Assembly: GCA_051746865.1 (NCBI GenBank)
Contig: JBNJFM010000001.1
Coordinates: 75,621-139,620, forward strand
DNA length: 64,000 bases
Source: Pseudomonadota bacterium
GTDB lineage: Bacteria; Pseudomonadota; Gammaproteobacteria; Halothiobacillales; Halothiobacillaceae
Direction: 5' to 3'
Positions 1 through 14,521 of this stretch are shown piece by piece; the stretch's first letter is position 1; the number at the start of each line of letters is the position of its first letter. The position numbers and the translations under genes are program-made. A model generated the notes under the pieces. That model worked only from the letters and a program-made list of their open reading frames with translations. It was not told the origin of the DNA and made no database searches.

Positions 1-74
1 GGGCCCCGGGAGCGGCGCCGGGCCGGCGTTTGCCCGTACCATGGGGGCACCCTCACACCCGACCGGCTTCATCC

Positions 75-1325
75 ATGTCCCTTGCCACCACCAACCTGCC
101 ATGGCTACTGATCCTCGCCGGGGCGCTGGGCATCGGCACGTGCTTCGGGCTGGTGGCGGCCGCCACGCGCTACTGCAACATGGGTGCGGTCTCGGACTGG
201 GTGCTGACCGGCGACAAGGGGCGCCTGCGCGCCTGGTTGCTGTCGATCGCGGTCGCCGTCGCGGCCGTCGGCGGACTCGAGGCCGCCGGCCTGCTCGACC
301 TCGACCACACCCGGGTGGGCTACCGCTCGGCGGACTTCCCCTGGCTGCGCTACCTTGCCGGCGGACTGATGTTCGGTATCGGGATGGTCCTAGCCGGTGG
401 CTGCACCACCCGTACGCTAGTCAATATCGGCCAGGGAGATCTCAAGTCGCTGTGGGCCTACGCGGTGGTCGGCCTCACCGCGGCCGCCCTCCTCTACGTG
501 CCGGCGCTTCGGATGTTCGTCGACAGCGGGCTTGCCTGGCCCGGACTAAACCTGGCCGATGCGGGGATCGACGGGCAGGATCCCGGCACGATCACCACCG
601 CCCTCGTGGGCGGCAATGCTGCCTTCTGGGGACTGACGGCCGCCACGCTCGTCACCATCGCGCTGTTGATCACCGTGCGCCGACTCGACGGGGCACGGCC
701 CATGCGACAGGCGGACATCATCGGCGGGCTGGGCATCGGCCTGGCCATCGCCGCGGCCTGGCTCTGGACCGGCACGCCCTTGGGGCAGCAGTGGACCGCC
801 GAGGCGACGCTGGCCTTCGAGCCGCCGAAGGGCGGCGGCACGCAGTCATTCAGCTTCGTCGCGCCGGCCGCCGAGGCCCTGCGGTGGTCGACGGGGCCGT
901 CGCTGTCGCTGCTCACCTTCGGGATGGTCGCCATGCTGGGCGTCGTTCTCGGCGCGGCGGGCTGGTTCCTCGCCCGGCGCGAGTTCCGCTTTCAGGGCTT
1001 TGGCTCGCTCGGGCAGTTCGCCGCCTATACCGCCGGCGGACTGCTGATGGGAACGGGGGGCATCGTGGCGATGGGCTGCTCCGTAGGCCAGGGCCTGTCC
1101 GGCAGTTCCACCCTGGCGCTGGGCAGCCTGCTGGCGCTGGGCGCGATCATCCTCGGCGCCTGGCTCGCACTCAAGACCATGCTCTACCGGGCGCTCCACC
1201 CGGAGACCCCGCGCCGCCACTGCGCGATGGCCATCCTCGCCGACCTGCACTTGCTGCCGGCGCGCTGCCATCCCTACCGCGAACGGGACGCAAACGGCGA
1301 ACCGCCTCGGGGCTGTTCCGGCTAA
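75..1325 (+). CDS. YeeE/YedE family inner-membrane sulfur-compound (thiosulfate-type) transporter
   Basis: ORF 30..1325, with an internal ATG at 75 (MSLATTNLPWLL...). Polytopic Gly/Ala/Leu-rich membrane protein. Two Cys-containing loops (LAGGCTTRT and AMGCSVGQG) are typical of the YeeE/YedE family. Confidence 0.8.
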   Translation: MSLATTNLPWLLILAGALGIGTCFGLVAAATRYCNMGAVSDWVLTGDKGRLRAWLLSIAVAVAAVGGLEAAGLLDLDHTRVGYRSADFPWLRYLAGGLMFGIGMVLAGGCTTRTLVNIGQGDLKSLWAYAVVGLTAAALLYVPALRMFVDSGLAWPGLNLADAGIDGQDPGTITTALVGGNAAFWGLTAATLVTIALLITVRRLDGARPMRQADIIGGLGIGLAIAAAWLWTGTPLGQQWTAEATLAFEPPKGGGTQSFSFVAPAAEALRWSTGPSLSLLTFGMVAMLGVVLGAAGWFLARREFRFQGFGSLGQFAAYTAGGLLMGTGGIVAMGCSVGQGLSGSSTLALGSLLALGAIILGAWLALKTMLYRALHPETPRRHCAMAILADLHLLPARCHPYRERDANGEPPRGCSG

Positions 1326-1984
1326 CCAGAAATCGAAAAGCGCAGCGCCGTCAGCGTCTCGCCGGCCAGCACGCGCTCGGCGAACGACTCGGGCAGTTCC
1401 ACCACACCCCGCTCGCCGGCATTCAGGAACACGGCTTCGGCAAAGCGCGGCCGGTCGCCGTCAAAGCCCGTGATCGGGCGGTACTCGAACGCCGCATCAC
1501 TGTCATTCACCAGCTCGATGGTTACCGTGATGGCCGGGGCATCGACCTCGCCCGTCTGGTCCCGTACGCGCTCGATATTGCCCTGCACGTAATCGGGAAT
1601 CGCGATCCGCAGCGCCTCCTCCGTAACTAGGAGATTCACGTGCGACTGCCCCCGGATCTCGTCCTCCGGCGCGCCATCGATCACCACCATGTTGCGGAAG
1701 CTAGCCCGTGCGGCCGACTCGCGCTCGACGCAGCCGCTGTAACGGGTATCCGGGAAGACGCCCGAGAGTGTCCACTGCGTCCGGTCGAGCGAGCCGGGAC
1801 GTTCCGAGCCACCGACCACCCGCTCGCAGCCATCCACCTCGACCTTCGAGGTAACGAACAGCGGCACGGTGGGTCGCTCGTGGAGAGTCGAGACATCGAT
1901 CTCCGCCTCGATCGAGGCCTTGCAGCCCGTCAGGCCGACGATCAGGGCAAGCAGGAATGCCGGGAGCGTGAGCGAACGAATCAT
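1322..1984 (-). CDS. hypothetical lipoprotein
   Basis: 220-aa ORF with a signal peptide ending in the lipobox LTGC (MIRSLTLPAFLLALIVGLTGCK). Balanced soluble-protein composition. No family recognised. Confidence 0.6.
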   Translation of the reverse strand: MIRSLTLPAFLLALIVGLTGCKASIEAEIDVSTLHERPTVPLFVTSKVEVDGCERVVGGSERPGSLDRTQWTLSGVFPDTRYSGCVERESAARASFRNMVVIDGAPEDEIRGQSHVNLLVTEEALRIAIPDYVQGNIERVRDQTGEVDAPAITVTIELVNDSDAAFEYRPITGFDGDRPRFAEAVFLNAGERGVVELPESFAERVLAGETLTALRFSISG

Positions 1985-2085
1985 GGTGGTCTTTTCGGGG
2001 GAATGCGGGTGGGAATGCCCAGTGTACTGCAGCGGAATGCCGGGTGGCGGGCAGACCGCGCGCTCGGGACACTATACTTGCGCGC

Positions 2086-3867
2086 ATGAACATCCAGATG
2101 ACCCTGACATTCCTCGGCGGAATCGGCCTGTTCCTGCTGGGGATGCGGCTGATGACCGACGGCCTCAAGGTGGCCGCGGGCGACGCCCTGCGGGAGATCC
2201 TCGCGCGCGGGACCGCCACCACGCCGCGCGGCATCCTCTCCGGGATCGGGATCACCGCCGTGGTGCAGTCCTCCTCGGCGGTGATCTTCGCCACCGTGGG
2301 CTTCGTCAACGCCGGCCTGCTCACCCTGTTCCAGGCCGTGGGCGTGATCATCGGCAGCAACATCGGCACCACCGCCACCTCCTGGCTGGTGGCACTGGTC
2401 GGCTTCAAGGTGAACCTGCAGGCGCTGGCCCTCCCCGCGGTGGCCATCGGCACGCTGCTGAGGGTGACCGGGCGCGGCCGGCGGCGCGCCTATCTCGGCG
2501 ACGCCCTGACCGGCTTCGGCATCTTCTTTCTGGGCCTGGACATCCTCAAGAGCACCTTCGGCGACTTCGGCGAGGGCTTCGATCTGGCCGATCACACCGG
2601 CAGCGGCGTCTGGAGCCTGCTGATGTTCGTCGGCATCGGCGTGATCATGACAGTGGTGATGAACTCGTCGAGCGCCTCGCTGGCAATCACCCTGACGGCC
2701 GCCGGCACGGGACTGATCCCGCTGACCGCTGGCGCGGCATTGGTGATCGGGGCGAACGTGGGCACCACCTCCACCGCCCTGTTCGCCGTTATCGGCGCCA
2801 CCTCAGCGGCCAAGCGCGCCGCCATGGCCCATGTGATGTTCAACGTCGTGGTCGGGGTGGTCGCCTTCATCCTGCTGCCGGCGCTGCTATGGCTGGTGAG
2901 CCACGCGGCCATGCTGCTGCGCCTGCAGCCGGGGCCGGCCACCTCGCTGGCGATCTTCCATACCGCGACCAAGCTGCTGGGCATGAGCATCTTCTGGCCG
3001 GCCACGCCACGGCTGGTGAAATTCCTGGAATCCCGCTTTCGCACTGCCGAGGAGGACGAGGGCCGCCCACGTCACCTCGACCGGCACATTGCCTCCACTC
3101 CGGATCTGGCCCTCGACGCGCTGGACATGGAACTCAAGCGCATCGGCGACATCGCCCGCCGCGGCGCGCGCGACGTGGTGAGCGCCGAGGGGGCGGCCCC
3201 GCTCGACCGGCTTTCCCGTGATCGGCAGATCGTCGAGCGGCTGATTTTGGCTACCGCCGAGTTCAGCAACCGCGCGCAGTTCGGCCAGATCCCCCCCTCG
3301 ATCGCCGAGGGCTTTCCGCTGGCCATGCGCATCAGCCGCTACTACGGCGACATCGCCGAACACGTCGAGGAAATCGCCCGTCTCGAGGCAAGCCTGCCCT
3401 CCCCCGACGACCCCGCCATCACCGAGGCACTGACCGAGTTCCGCCGCGAGACCTCCAACGTACTCGAGCTCTCCGACCCGGACGACGAGGACTTCTCCAT
3501 GAAGCGCCTCAAGCACGCGATCAGCGACTTCGCCGACGACTACCAGGCCCTGAAATCCCTGCTCCTGCGTGCCGGCGCCGACGACCGCATTCCGGTACGC
3601 CAGATGGTCACCCGCCTCGACGAACTCAGCCATGTCCGCCGGGTCATTGACCAGACCTACAAGGCGGCCAAGTACACCCGCAAGCTGCGCAAGCAACTTC
3701 ACCACTACCGCGACGGCGCCGCGGGCGACGAAGCGGACCGGGAGAGCGACCGCCATGACGGCGATGCCTACGACGACGATACGGTCATGCAGATGACCGA
3801 TGGCAGCAAGCCTGCCCGGGGGACGGAAGACACGGAAGACAACGAAACCAGAGAAAAGGATCGGTAA
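2086..3867 (+). CDS. Na+/phosphate cotransporter family protein with PhoU-like C-terminal region
   Basis: ORF 2044..3867, ATG at 2086 (MNIQMTLTFLGGIGLFLLGMRLMTDGL). Duplicated motifs of the type SSSA..ATVGFVNAG and SSSASLAITL are typical of the NptA/YjbB family. The helical acidic C-terminus resembles PhoU repeats. Confidence 0.8.
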   Translation: MNIQMTLTFLGGIGLFLLGMRLMTDGLKVAAGDALREILARGTATTPRGILSGIGITAVVQSSSAVIFATVGFVNAGLLTLFQAVGVIIGSNIGTTATSWLVALVGFKVNLQALALPAVAIGTLLRVTGRGRRRAYLGDALTGFGIFFLGLDILKSTFGDFGEGFDLADHTGSGVWSLLMFVGIGVIMTVVMNSSSASLAITLTAAGTGLIPLTAGAALVIGANVGTTSTALFAVIGATSAAKRAAMAHVMFNVVVGVVAFILLPALLWLVSHAAMLLRLQPGPATSLAIFHTATKLLGMSIFWPATPRLVKFLESRFRTAEEDEGRPRHLDRHIASTPDLALDALDMELKRIGDIARRGARDVVSAEGAAPLDRLSRDRQIVERLILATAEFSNRAQFGQIPPSIAEGFPLAMRISRYYGDIAEHVEEIARLEASLPSPDDPAITEALTEFRRETSNVLELSDPDDEDFSMKRLKHAISDFADDYQALKSLLLRAGADDRIPVRQMVTRLDELSHVRRVIDQTYKAAKYTRKLRKQLHHYRDGAAGDEADRESDRHDGDAYDDDTVMQMTDGSKPARGTEDTEDNETREKDR

Positions 3868-4111
3868 CCGGCGGACAGAGGTGCGAAAGAAAGGCTACCC
3901 CTTCGCGTCCGATCGGAATCCCGCTTCCGTGCTGGTGCCGGATGACCAGGATGACCACGACCTCTCCCTCGATCAGCAAGCGGGCACAACACCGCTTGCC
4001 GGAACTTCCTCCCGTAGCATCCACGGGCGCGCCACTTCCACCTTCGCAGTCCGGTGCCCCCCTGATGAACAGCGCCTCCCGGTGATGGCCAGGAAAGCGT
4101 CGACAGGACGC

Positions 4112-4143
4112 AAAAACGACGGCCGCCAGAGGGCGGCCGTCGT
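4112..4143 (-). terminator. Rho-independent terminator downstream of katG
   Basis: On the minus strand, a 12-bp GC-rich stem (ACGACGGCCGCC / GGCGGCCGTCGT) with a 4-nt loop is followed by TTTTT. It lies 28 nt after the katG stop. Confidence 0.7.
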
Positions 4144-4170
4144 GGTGGCACAAGGGGCAGCAATCAGTGA

Positions 4171-8056
<3,886 letters not shown>

Positions 8057-8063
8057 AGTCGGA

Positions 8064-8948
8064 TCAGGCCGGCTCGTAGAGGGCATCGAAGCCGCTGGCG
8101 TCGACCTGCGAGAGCCCCATGCGGTCGAATTCCCGCCACATGGGCCGCCAGCGTTCGGGGTCCGGCACCACCGGCGCGACCAGTCGGCGGCAGGTGTCCC
8201 GGACGATGGCATCCATCAGGTCGCTGCGCGTTTCCCCGCTATGTCCGTACCAGAGCTCCAGCGCCTCGGCGGGATGCTCCCGGCAGAGCTCGGCGCCCTC
8301 GGAAACCAGCCGGGTGAACTTGCGTACCACCTCGGGGTACTCGCGCTTGAAGGAATCGCCGGTGAACAATTCCAGCGCCGAGAAGTTGGGCAGCCCCACC
8401 TCCGTGCTGGTGATCAGGCGCACCTCGACGCCCAGGTGCGCGGCCTCGACGCCCTCGAAGTTGGCGAAGCAGAGCCACGCCCCATGGTAGCCGGCCTGCA
8501 GATTCGCCAGGTGCTCGAAGCCGGCGGCCTCGATATGCACGCGGGCCGGATCGAAGGCGATATCCCGGCTTTCGCACCAGCGCCGGACGATCAATCGCGC
8601 CAGATCGTCCGTCACCTCGCCGGCAACCGGCGAGGCCACGCGGATTACCTCCCCCCTGATCAATGCCTCCTCGCCCGCCGGAGTGAGCATCACCCCGCCT
8701 TCGGTCTCGAAGAAGCAGCCCAGCGCACGCAGGCCGGGGCGCGTCTCGTCGATCATGTGCAGGGGCTCGTTGCAGGCGAAGGCGATCCGCCCCTCGGACA
8801 CCGCCGCCAGGCCGTCGTAGTGCTCCGCCGGCTCGATCAGGGTGACGTCCAGGCCCGCCTCGCGGAACCAGCCCTTCTCCAGTGCGGCGATGAACGGCAG
8901 GTGGTCGGGGTTCAGGAACCATTCCAGGCCCACGTCGATACGTTTCAT
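8064..8948 (-). CDS. NMT1/THI5-like (ABC substrate-binding-fold) protein, no signal peptide
   Basis: MKRIDVGLEWFLNPDHLPFIAALEKGWFREAGLDV... is a typical NMT1/THI5 N-terminus. Its start is 9 nt downstream of the stop of the preceding gene on the same strand. Confidence 0.7.
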   Translation of the reverse strand: MKRIDVGLEWFLNPDHLPFIAALEKGWFREAGLDVTLIEPAEHYDGLAAVSEGRIAFACNEPLHMIDETRPGLRALGCFFETEGGVMLTPAGEEALIRGEVIRVASPVAGEVTDDLARLIVRRWCESRDIAFDPARVHIEAAGFEHLANLQAGYHGAWLCFANFEGVEAAHLGVEVRLITSTEVGLPNFSALELFTGDSFKREYPEVVRKFTRLVSEGAELCREHPAEALELWYGHSGETRSDLMDAIVRDTCRRLVAPVVPDPERWRPMWREFDRMGLSQVDASGFDALYEPA

Positions 8949-8957
8949 GCAACCTCC

Positions 8958-10961
8958 TCAGATGCCGAAGGGATAGGTGTCGGGCAAGTCGACCAGGGCC
9001 GCGGTGTCAAGGGGACGGACGGCCCGGGTCCGGTCGAACCAGACATATTCGTCGAACTGTCGCGACAGCTCGGCATGGAAATAGTGGCTCTGCCGCTCGG
9101 TTTCGGGACGGTAGATCACGCCGATGGCCCGTTCCAGCCGTTCCTCGCGCAAGCCGTCGCGAACCACCGGATCGGCACCGACTCCGAGCGGCAGCAGAAA
9201 GGCGTGCAGCCCCGTCTCGTGGCATAGCCGTTCGTAACTGCCGTGCAGCGAGGGGCGCACGGTCTTGACCTCCATGGGATCGTCCCAGTTGGAAGCGGCG
9301 GCCACCGTGCCGGTGTCGGTGCCGAAACCGATGGCGTAGACCTCATCGTGCCAGCGGGCCCGACACAGCCGGCCGATGTTGAATTCGTCCCGGCGCGCCA
9401 TGTCGGTGGCGTTCGAGTCGCCCACGTGGGAGTTGTGCGCCCAGACCACGCAGCGGCTGCCCTCGCCGTGATGACGCAGCAGGTGCTCGAGCGTCTCGAA
9501 CATGTGCGTGTCGCGCATGTTCCAGGCACTGCGCGAGCCATAGAACATGGTGCGGTAGTACTCCTCGGCGTTGGCCACCAGGCGGGCATTCTGCATGGCA
9601 TCGAGAAAGCGCTCGCCGTCGTGCTCGGCGTATTCCCGGTGACGGGTCTGCATCTCGCGAAGCATCGCCAGCACCGGCTCCTCGCAGGTCTCGATGTCCG
9701 GGTGAAGCGCGGCCCGCGCGTAGGTCCCCGGGTCGGACTGATACGGGGTCAGGCAGCCGTAGCGTTCCCGAGCGACGGCCGCCGCCCCGGGGTCGACCTC
9801 GTCGAGGTAGTCGAGTACCGCCCGGATCGAGTTGTAGAGGCTGTAGAGGTCCAGCCCGTGAAACGCCACGCGCCGTTCGGGTTCCAGGCCGGCGTTGTGC
9901 TCGCGCAGCCAGTCGACGAAGCCGCGCACTTCCTCGTTGCGCCACATCCAGGTGGGAAAACGGGCGAAGGCGGTCCATTCCGAGGGGGCGTACTCGGCAT
10001 GGCGCACGTAGTGGTCGATTCGGGCGGCATCCGGCCAGTCACCCTCGATGGCCACGAAATCGAAGCCCTTCTCCTCGATCAACGCCCGCGTGATGCGCTC
10101 CCGCGCGCGATAGAACTCCGAGGTGCCGTGCGAGGCCTCGCCGATCAGCACGATGCGCCGGTTACCGATGCGCGAGAGCAGACCGTCGAGCGGCAGCTCG
10201 TCGGCCGAGTCGAAGCGTTCGGCGACTTCCACGATGCCCTCGGCCAGGCGCCGGTCGGCCGGGGACTCGCGCCGCCGGCCGAATCCGCGCCGAGGCCGTG
10301 GCTCGGCCTGCTGCCAGCCCTCCTCCCCGATCAGGGGGACGAAACGCACGTCGGCCAGATCGCGATTGTCGTACTCCTCCTCGCCCAACCGCGTGACCAG
10401 CACCAGTTCCTGCGCCTCCTGGTCCTCGCCCACCGGCATCACCAGCCGCCCGCCGACGGCGAGCTGACGCTTGAGTGTCTCGGAGACGGCGGGGGCCGCC
10501 GCGGCGACCAGAATGGCATCGAAGGGGGCCTTCTCCGGCCAGCCCCGGCTGCCGTCGTCGACGCGGATCTCGACGTTGTCCAGCCCCTCGGCCCTGACGG
10601 CCCGTGCCGCCTGATCCGCCAGCTCCGCGATGCGTTCGACGCCAAACACCCGGTCGGCGACGTGCGCGAGCACCGCGGCGGCATAGCCCGAGCCCGTCCC
10701 CACCTCCAGCACCCGCTCGTCGCCGGTCAGCTCCAGCGCATCGACCATCATCGCCACGACCCACGGCTGGGTGATGGTCTGCCCGGCGGCGATGGGCAGC
10801 CCGGTGTCCTCGTAAGCGAACTCGGTCAGCTCCGCCGGCACGAAACGCTCGCGGCGCACCGAGCGCATGGCCTCCAGTACCCGCGGGGACTCGATCCCCC
10901 GCCCCCGGATCTGGCAGTCCACCATCGCCTCGCGCCTGGCCTCAAAATCCCCCGTATTCAT
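8958..10961 (-). CDS. fusion protein: protein-L-isoaspartate O-methyltransferase domain + erythromycin-esterase-family domain
   Basis: ATG at 10961, preceded by GGAGGG. The N-terminal ~215 aa carry PCMT motifs (VLEVGTGSGYAAAVLA, DAILVAAAAP, GGRLVMPVG). The C-terminal ~430 aa carry erythromycin-esterase-family motifs (IVLIGEASHGTSEFY, WAHNSHVGD). Single uninterrupted frame. Confidence 0.85.
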   Translation of the reverse strand: MNTGDFEARREAMVDCQIRGRGIESPRVLEAMRSVRRERFVPAELTEFAYEDTGLPIAAGQTITQPWVVAMMVDALELTGDERVLEVGTGSGYAAAVLAHVADRVFGVERIAELADQAARAVRAEGLDNVEIRVDDGSRGWPEKAPFDAILVAAAAPAVSETLKRQLAVGGRLVMPVGEDQEAQELVLVTRLGEEEYDNRDLADVRFVPLIGEEGWQQAEPRPRRGFGRRRESPADRRLAEGIVEVAERFDSADELPLDGLLSRIGNRRIVLIGEASHGTSEFYRARERITRALIEEKGFDFVAIEGDWPDAARIDHYVRHAEYAPSEWTAFARFPTWMWRNEEVRGFVDWLREHNAGLEPERRVAFHGLDLYSLYNSIRAVLDYLDEVDPGAAAVARERYGCLTPYQSDPGTYARAALHPDIETCEEPVLAMLREMQTRHREYAEHDGERFLDAMQNARLVANAEEYYRTMFYGSRSAWNMRDTHMFETLEHLLRHHGEGSRCVVWAHNSHVGDSNATDMARRDEFNIGRLCRARWHDEVYAIGFGTDTGTVAAASNWDDPMEVKTVRPSLHGSYERLCHETGLHAFLLPLGVGADPVVRDGLREERLERAIGVIYRPETERQSHYFHAELSRQFDEYVWFDRTRAVRPLDTAALVDLPDTYPFGI

Positions 10962-11149
10962 CCGACGGCCCTCCGTTGCTGTGCACAATCGGCATGTCAT
11001 TGCTTCAAGGATAGACAACCCGTGTCTCCCACCGGGGCCTCCATCCGGGGGCCGAAGACGGCACGACTGGCTTGGCAGCACTGGCCGGGCATTGGATGAT
11101 GCACAATCGAAAGAACACCAACGATAACAAGAGAGGAAAAAACGCATTC

Positions 11150-12343
11150 ATGTCCTACCTCAAGAACTTCCCCGACGCGAACGGCTACTTCGGTGAATTC
11201 GGCGGCGCCTTCCTGCCGCCGGAGCTTGAGCCCCACTTCGCCGAGATCGAGAAGGCCTATCATCGACTGATGCGGTCGGCCGACTTTCTCAACGAACTGC
11301 GCTACATCCGCAAGCACTATCAAGGCCGGCCGACGCCGGTCTACTACGCGCACAACCTGAGTGCCGAAATCGGCGCGCATATCTATCTCAAGCGCGAGGA
11401 TCTCAACCATTCCGGGGCGCACAAGCTCAACCACTGCATGGGCGAGGCACTGCTCGCCAAGCACATGGGCAAGAGCAAGCTGATCGCCGAGACCGGGGCC
11501 GGCCAGCACGGCGTGGCGCTGGCTACCGCCGCGGCCTACTTCGGCATGGAATGCGAGATCCACATGGGCGAGATCGACATCGCCAAGGAGGCGCCCAACG
11601 TCACGCGCATGAAGCTTCTGGGCGCAAACGTGGTGCCCGTGGACTTCGGCGGGCGCAGCCTCAAGGAGGCCGTCGACTCCGCGTTCAAGAGCTACCTCTC
11701 GCAGACCGACGAGGCGATCTTCGCCATCGGCTCGGTGGTCGGTCCCCACCCGTTCCCGGTGATGGTGCGCAACTTCCAGTCGGTGATGGGCCTCGAGGCG
11801 CGCGAGCAGTTCCTGGAAATGACCGGTGAGCTGCCCGACCACGTGGCCGCCTGCGTCGGCGGCGGCTCGAACGCGCTGGGGATATTCTCCGGCTTCATCG
11901 ACGACGAGGAGGTGCGGCTCCACGGCGTCGAGCCGCTGGGTACCGGCGAGCAACTCGGTCAGCACTCGGCAACGATGACCTTCGGCAAGCCCGGCATGAT
12001 CCACGGCTTCAAGTGCCTGCTGCTGGCCGACGAGGAAGGCAACCCCGCCCCGGTGCACTCGATCGCCTCGGGTCTGGACTACCCCGGTGTGGGCCCCGAG
12101 CACTCCTACCTGAAGACTTCCGGCCGGGTGGGCTATCATGCAGTCAGCGACGAGGAAACGCTGGACGCGTTCTACCGGCTCTCGCGCAAGGAGGGGATCA
12201 TCCCGGCACTGGAATCGGCCCACGCGGTGGCCTGGGCCACGCAGTTCGGTCGGGAGAACCCGGGTGCCACGATCCTGATCAACATGTCGGGGCGTGGCGA
12301 CAAGGACATCGATTACGTTACGGAGAACTTCGGCCATGGTTGA
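11150..12343 (+). CDS. trpB: tryptophan synthase beta chain-like PLP enzyme (no adjacent trpA)
   Basis: [35 protein letters not shown] (PLP lysine) and [34 protein letters not shown] lies upstream of the ATG at 11150. Confidence 0.9.
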   Translation: MSYLKNFPDANGYFGEFGGAFLPPELEPHFAEIEKAYHRLMRSADFLNELRYIRKHYQGRPTPVYYAHNLSAEIGAHIYLKREDLNHSGAHKLNHCMGEALLAKHMGKSKLIAETGAGQHGVALATAAAYFGMECEIHMGEIDIAKEAPNVTRMKLLGANVVPVDFGGRSLKEAVDSAFKSYLSQTDEAIFAIGSVVGPHPFPVMVRNFQSVMGLEAREQFLEMTGELPDHVAACVGGGSNALGIFSGFIDDEEVRLHGVEPLGTGEQLGQHSATMTFGKPGMIHGFKCLLLADEEGNPAPVHSIASGLDYPGVGPEHSYLKTSGRVGYHAVSDEETLDAFYRLSRKEGIIPALESAHAVAWATQFGRENPGATILINMSGRGDKDIDYVTENFGHG

Positions 12344-13547
12344 TCACCGAGACATCGCGACCCGCAGCGCGGCCATCGGTCCGCCCGGATCGCCCGCCGC
12401 GCTGCGCCTGGTCCTGCTGGGGTCGGGAGAACTGGGCAAGGAAGTCGCCATCGAGGCACAACGGCTGGGGCTGGAGGTGATTGCCGTCGACCGCTATCCC
12501 AATGCCCCGGCAATGCAGGTCGCGCACCGCTCGCACGTCATCGACATGCTCGACGGCACCGCGATCAAGAGCGTGATCAACCAGGAGATGCCTGCGCTGA
12601 TCGTCCCGGAGATCGAGGCGATCGCCACCGATGCCCTGCTCGATCTGGAGCGCGACGGCTTTGTGGTTACCCCCAACGCCCGGGCGGCCCGCCTGACCAT
12701 GGACCGGGAGGGCATCCGCCGACTGGCCGCCGACGAGTTGGGGCTGCCGACCAGCCGCTTTGCCTTCGCCGGAAACGAGGAGGAATACCTCAAGGCCGTG
12801 GACGCCATCGGCCTGCCCTGCGTGATCAAGCCGGTGATGAGCTCCTCGGGCAAGGGGCAATCGCTGCTGCGCAAGCGCGACGACGCTCTCAAGGCCTGGC
12901 GGCACGCCCAATCGGGTGGGCGCGCCGGGCATGGACGGGTGATCGTCGAGTCGTTCATCGACTTCGACTACGAAATCACCATGCTGACGGTCCGCCATCG
13001 CGCCGGGATCACCCTCTGCCCGCCGGTGGGACACACCCAGATCGACGGCGACTACCGCGAGAGCTGGCAGCCGCACTCCATGTCGGAAACCGCCCTGGCG
13101 CGCGCCGGTGAAACCGCCCGCGCCATAGTCGAGGAACTGGAGGGATACGGCCTGTTCGGCGTGGAACTGTTCGTCAAGGATGACCAGGTCTGGTTCAGCG
13201 AGGTCTCGCCACGTCCCCACGATACCGGCATGGTCACGCTGATCTCGCAGGACCTTTCCGAGTTCGCGCTGCACCTGCGAGCCATGCTCGGTCTGCCCAT
13301 CCCGGCCATCCGTCAGCTCGGCCCGGCCGCCTCCTGCGCGGTGGTACAGCGGGGCGAGAGCAACGAGCCGGTGATCACCGGGCTGACCGCGGCGCTGACC
13401 GAGCCGGACACGCAGATCCGACTGTTCGGCAAGCCCGAGGTCCACGGCCAGCGCCGGCTCGGTGTGGCACTCGCCCGTGGAGAGGACATCGACGCCGCCC
13501 GTCGACGCGCTCGGCGCGCGGCTGCCTCGCTCCATCTCCAGTCCTGA
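12336..13547 (+). CDS. purT: formate-dependent phosphoribosylglycinamide formyltransferase (GAR transformylase 2)
   Basis: [32 protein letters not shown]..., an ATP-grasp fold typical of PurT. The ATG at 12336 overlaps the trpB stop by 8 nt. Confidence 0.9.
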   Translation: MVDHRDIATRSAAIGPPGSPAALRLVLLGSGELGKEVAIEAQRLGLEVIAVDRYPNAPAMQVAHRSHVIDMLDGTAIKSVINQEMPALIVPEIEAIATDALLDLERDGFVVTPNARAARLTMDREGIRRLAADELGLPTSRFAFAGNEEEYLKAVDAIGLPCVIKPVMSSSGKGQSLLRKRDDALKAWRHAQSGGRAGHGRVIVESFIDFDYEITMLTVRHRAGITLCPPVGHTQIDGDYRESWQPHSMSETALARAGETARAIVEELEGYGLFGVELFVKDDQVWFSEVSPRPHDTGMVTLISQDLSEFALHLRAMLGLPIPAIRQLGPAASCAVVQRGESNEPVITGLTAALTEPDTQIRLFGKPEVHGQRRLGVALARGEDIDAARRRARRAAASLHLQS

Positions 13548-13573
13548 AGGACAATGACGCTCCGGGGGAGATC

Positions 13574-14509
13574 ATGGCCTCGCGCAAGATGATCCGACTG
13601 GACGGCAGCGGGGGGCGTGGCACATCGACGCACGCTGTCGGTGACTGGATACGCCTCAACTGGGAGGATCCCGACGACCGCGCCTGGATCGAAGGTGAAT
13701 CCGGCCTGGACGAGCTGGTCGCCGAGGGTTTGCTCGCCGAGGACACCCGCCCCCGGGTGGTGGAGCACAAGAACGGGGTGCTGATCATCCTGCGCGGGGT
13801 AAACCGCAACGCGGGAGAACGGCCGGAGGACATGATCTCCCTACGGATCTGGTTCGACGGTCGTCGCCTGATCAGCGCCTCCCGGTCCCGGCTGCGCACG
13901 GTGGAGGCACTGACCCGGGCATTGGCGGAGGATCGCGGCCCACACGACCTCCCGGACCTGCTGCTCGACCTGATCACGGGGCTGACCGAGCAGACCGACG
14001 ACCTGATCGAGACGATCGAGGAGGCCCTCGACGCGATCGAGGGCGAGCTGCTCGAAGGCGCGGACCGCGATTTGCGTGAACGTATCGGCCAGATCCGGCG
14101 CTCGGTGATAGTGATCCGGCGCTATCTCGCCCCAGAACGCGACGCGCTGGCACGACTGGCAAATCTCTCCAGCCCCCTGCTCGAGAGACTGGACCGCGGT
14201 CGGGTCCGCGAACAGGCCGATGGCCTCACCCGGCTGGTCGAGGATCTCGACATGGCGCGGGAACGGGGCGCGATGCTCCACGAACAGTTGCTGGGCCGCC
14301 TCTCCGACCAGTTGAATACCCGCATGTACCTGCTGTCGATCGTGGCGGCCATCTTTCTGCCGCTGGGCTTTCTCACCGGACTTTTCGGCATCAACGTCGG
14401 CGGCATGCCCTGGGTGGAAGCCGCGATGGGCTTCTGGTGGGTCGTGCTGCTCAGCCTGGCGATCGGCATGGGGCTGGGGTGGTGGCTCAAGCGACGGCGG
14501 TGGTTCTGA
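13574..14509 (+). CDS. zntB: CorA-family divalent metal transporter, ZntB-like
   Basis: Two C-terminal TM helices with a GxN loop (FLTGLFGINVGGMPW). The cytoplasmic N-domain is CorA/ZntB-like. It starts 26 nt after purT. Confidence 0.75.
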   Translation: MASRKMIRLDGSGGRGTSTHAVGDWIRLNWEDPDDRAWIEGESGLDELVAEGLLAEDTRPRVVEHKNGVLIILRGVNRNAGERPEDMISLRIWFDGRRLISASRSRLRTVEALTRALAEDRGPHDLPDLLLDLITGLTEQTDDLIETIEEALDAIEGELLEGADRDLRERIGQIRRSVIVIRRYLAPERDALARLANLSSPLLERLDRGRVREQADGLTRLVEDLDMARERGAMLHEQLLGRLSDQLNTRMYLLSIVAAIFLPLGFLTGLFGINVGGMPWVEAAMGFWWVVLLSLAIGMGLGWWLKRRRWF

Positions 14510-14521
14510 CAAAGCCGGGCT

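Noticed and set aside
8949-8957. A TPP riboswitch expected in front of the THI5/NMT1-like gene.
   Set aside because: Only 9 nt separate it from the upstream gene, so there is no room for a riboswitch. The gene is probably co-transcribed with the PCMT-esterase fusion.
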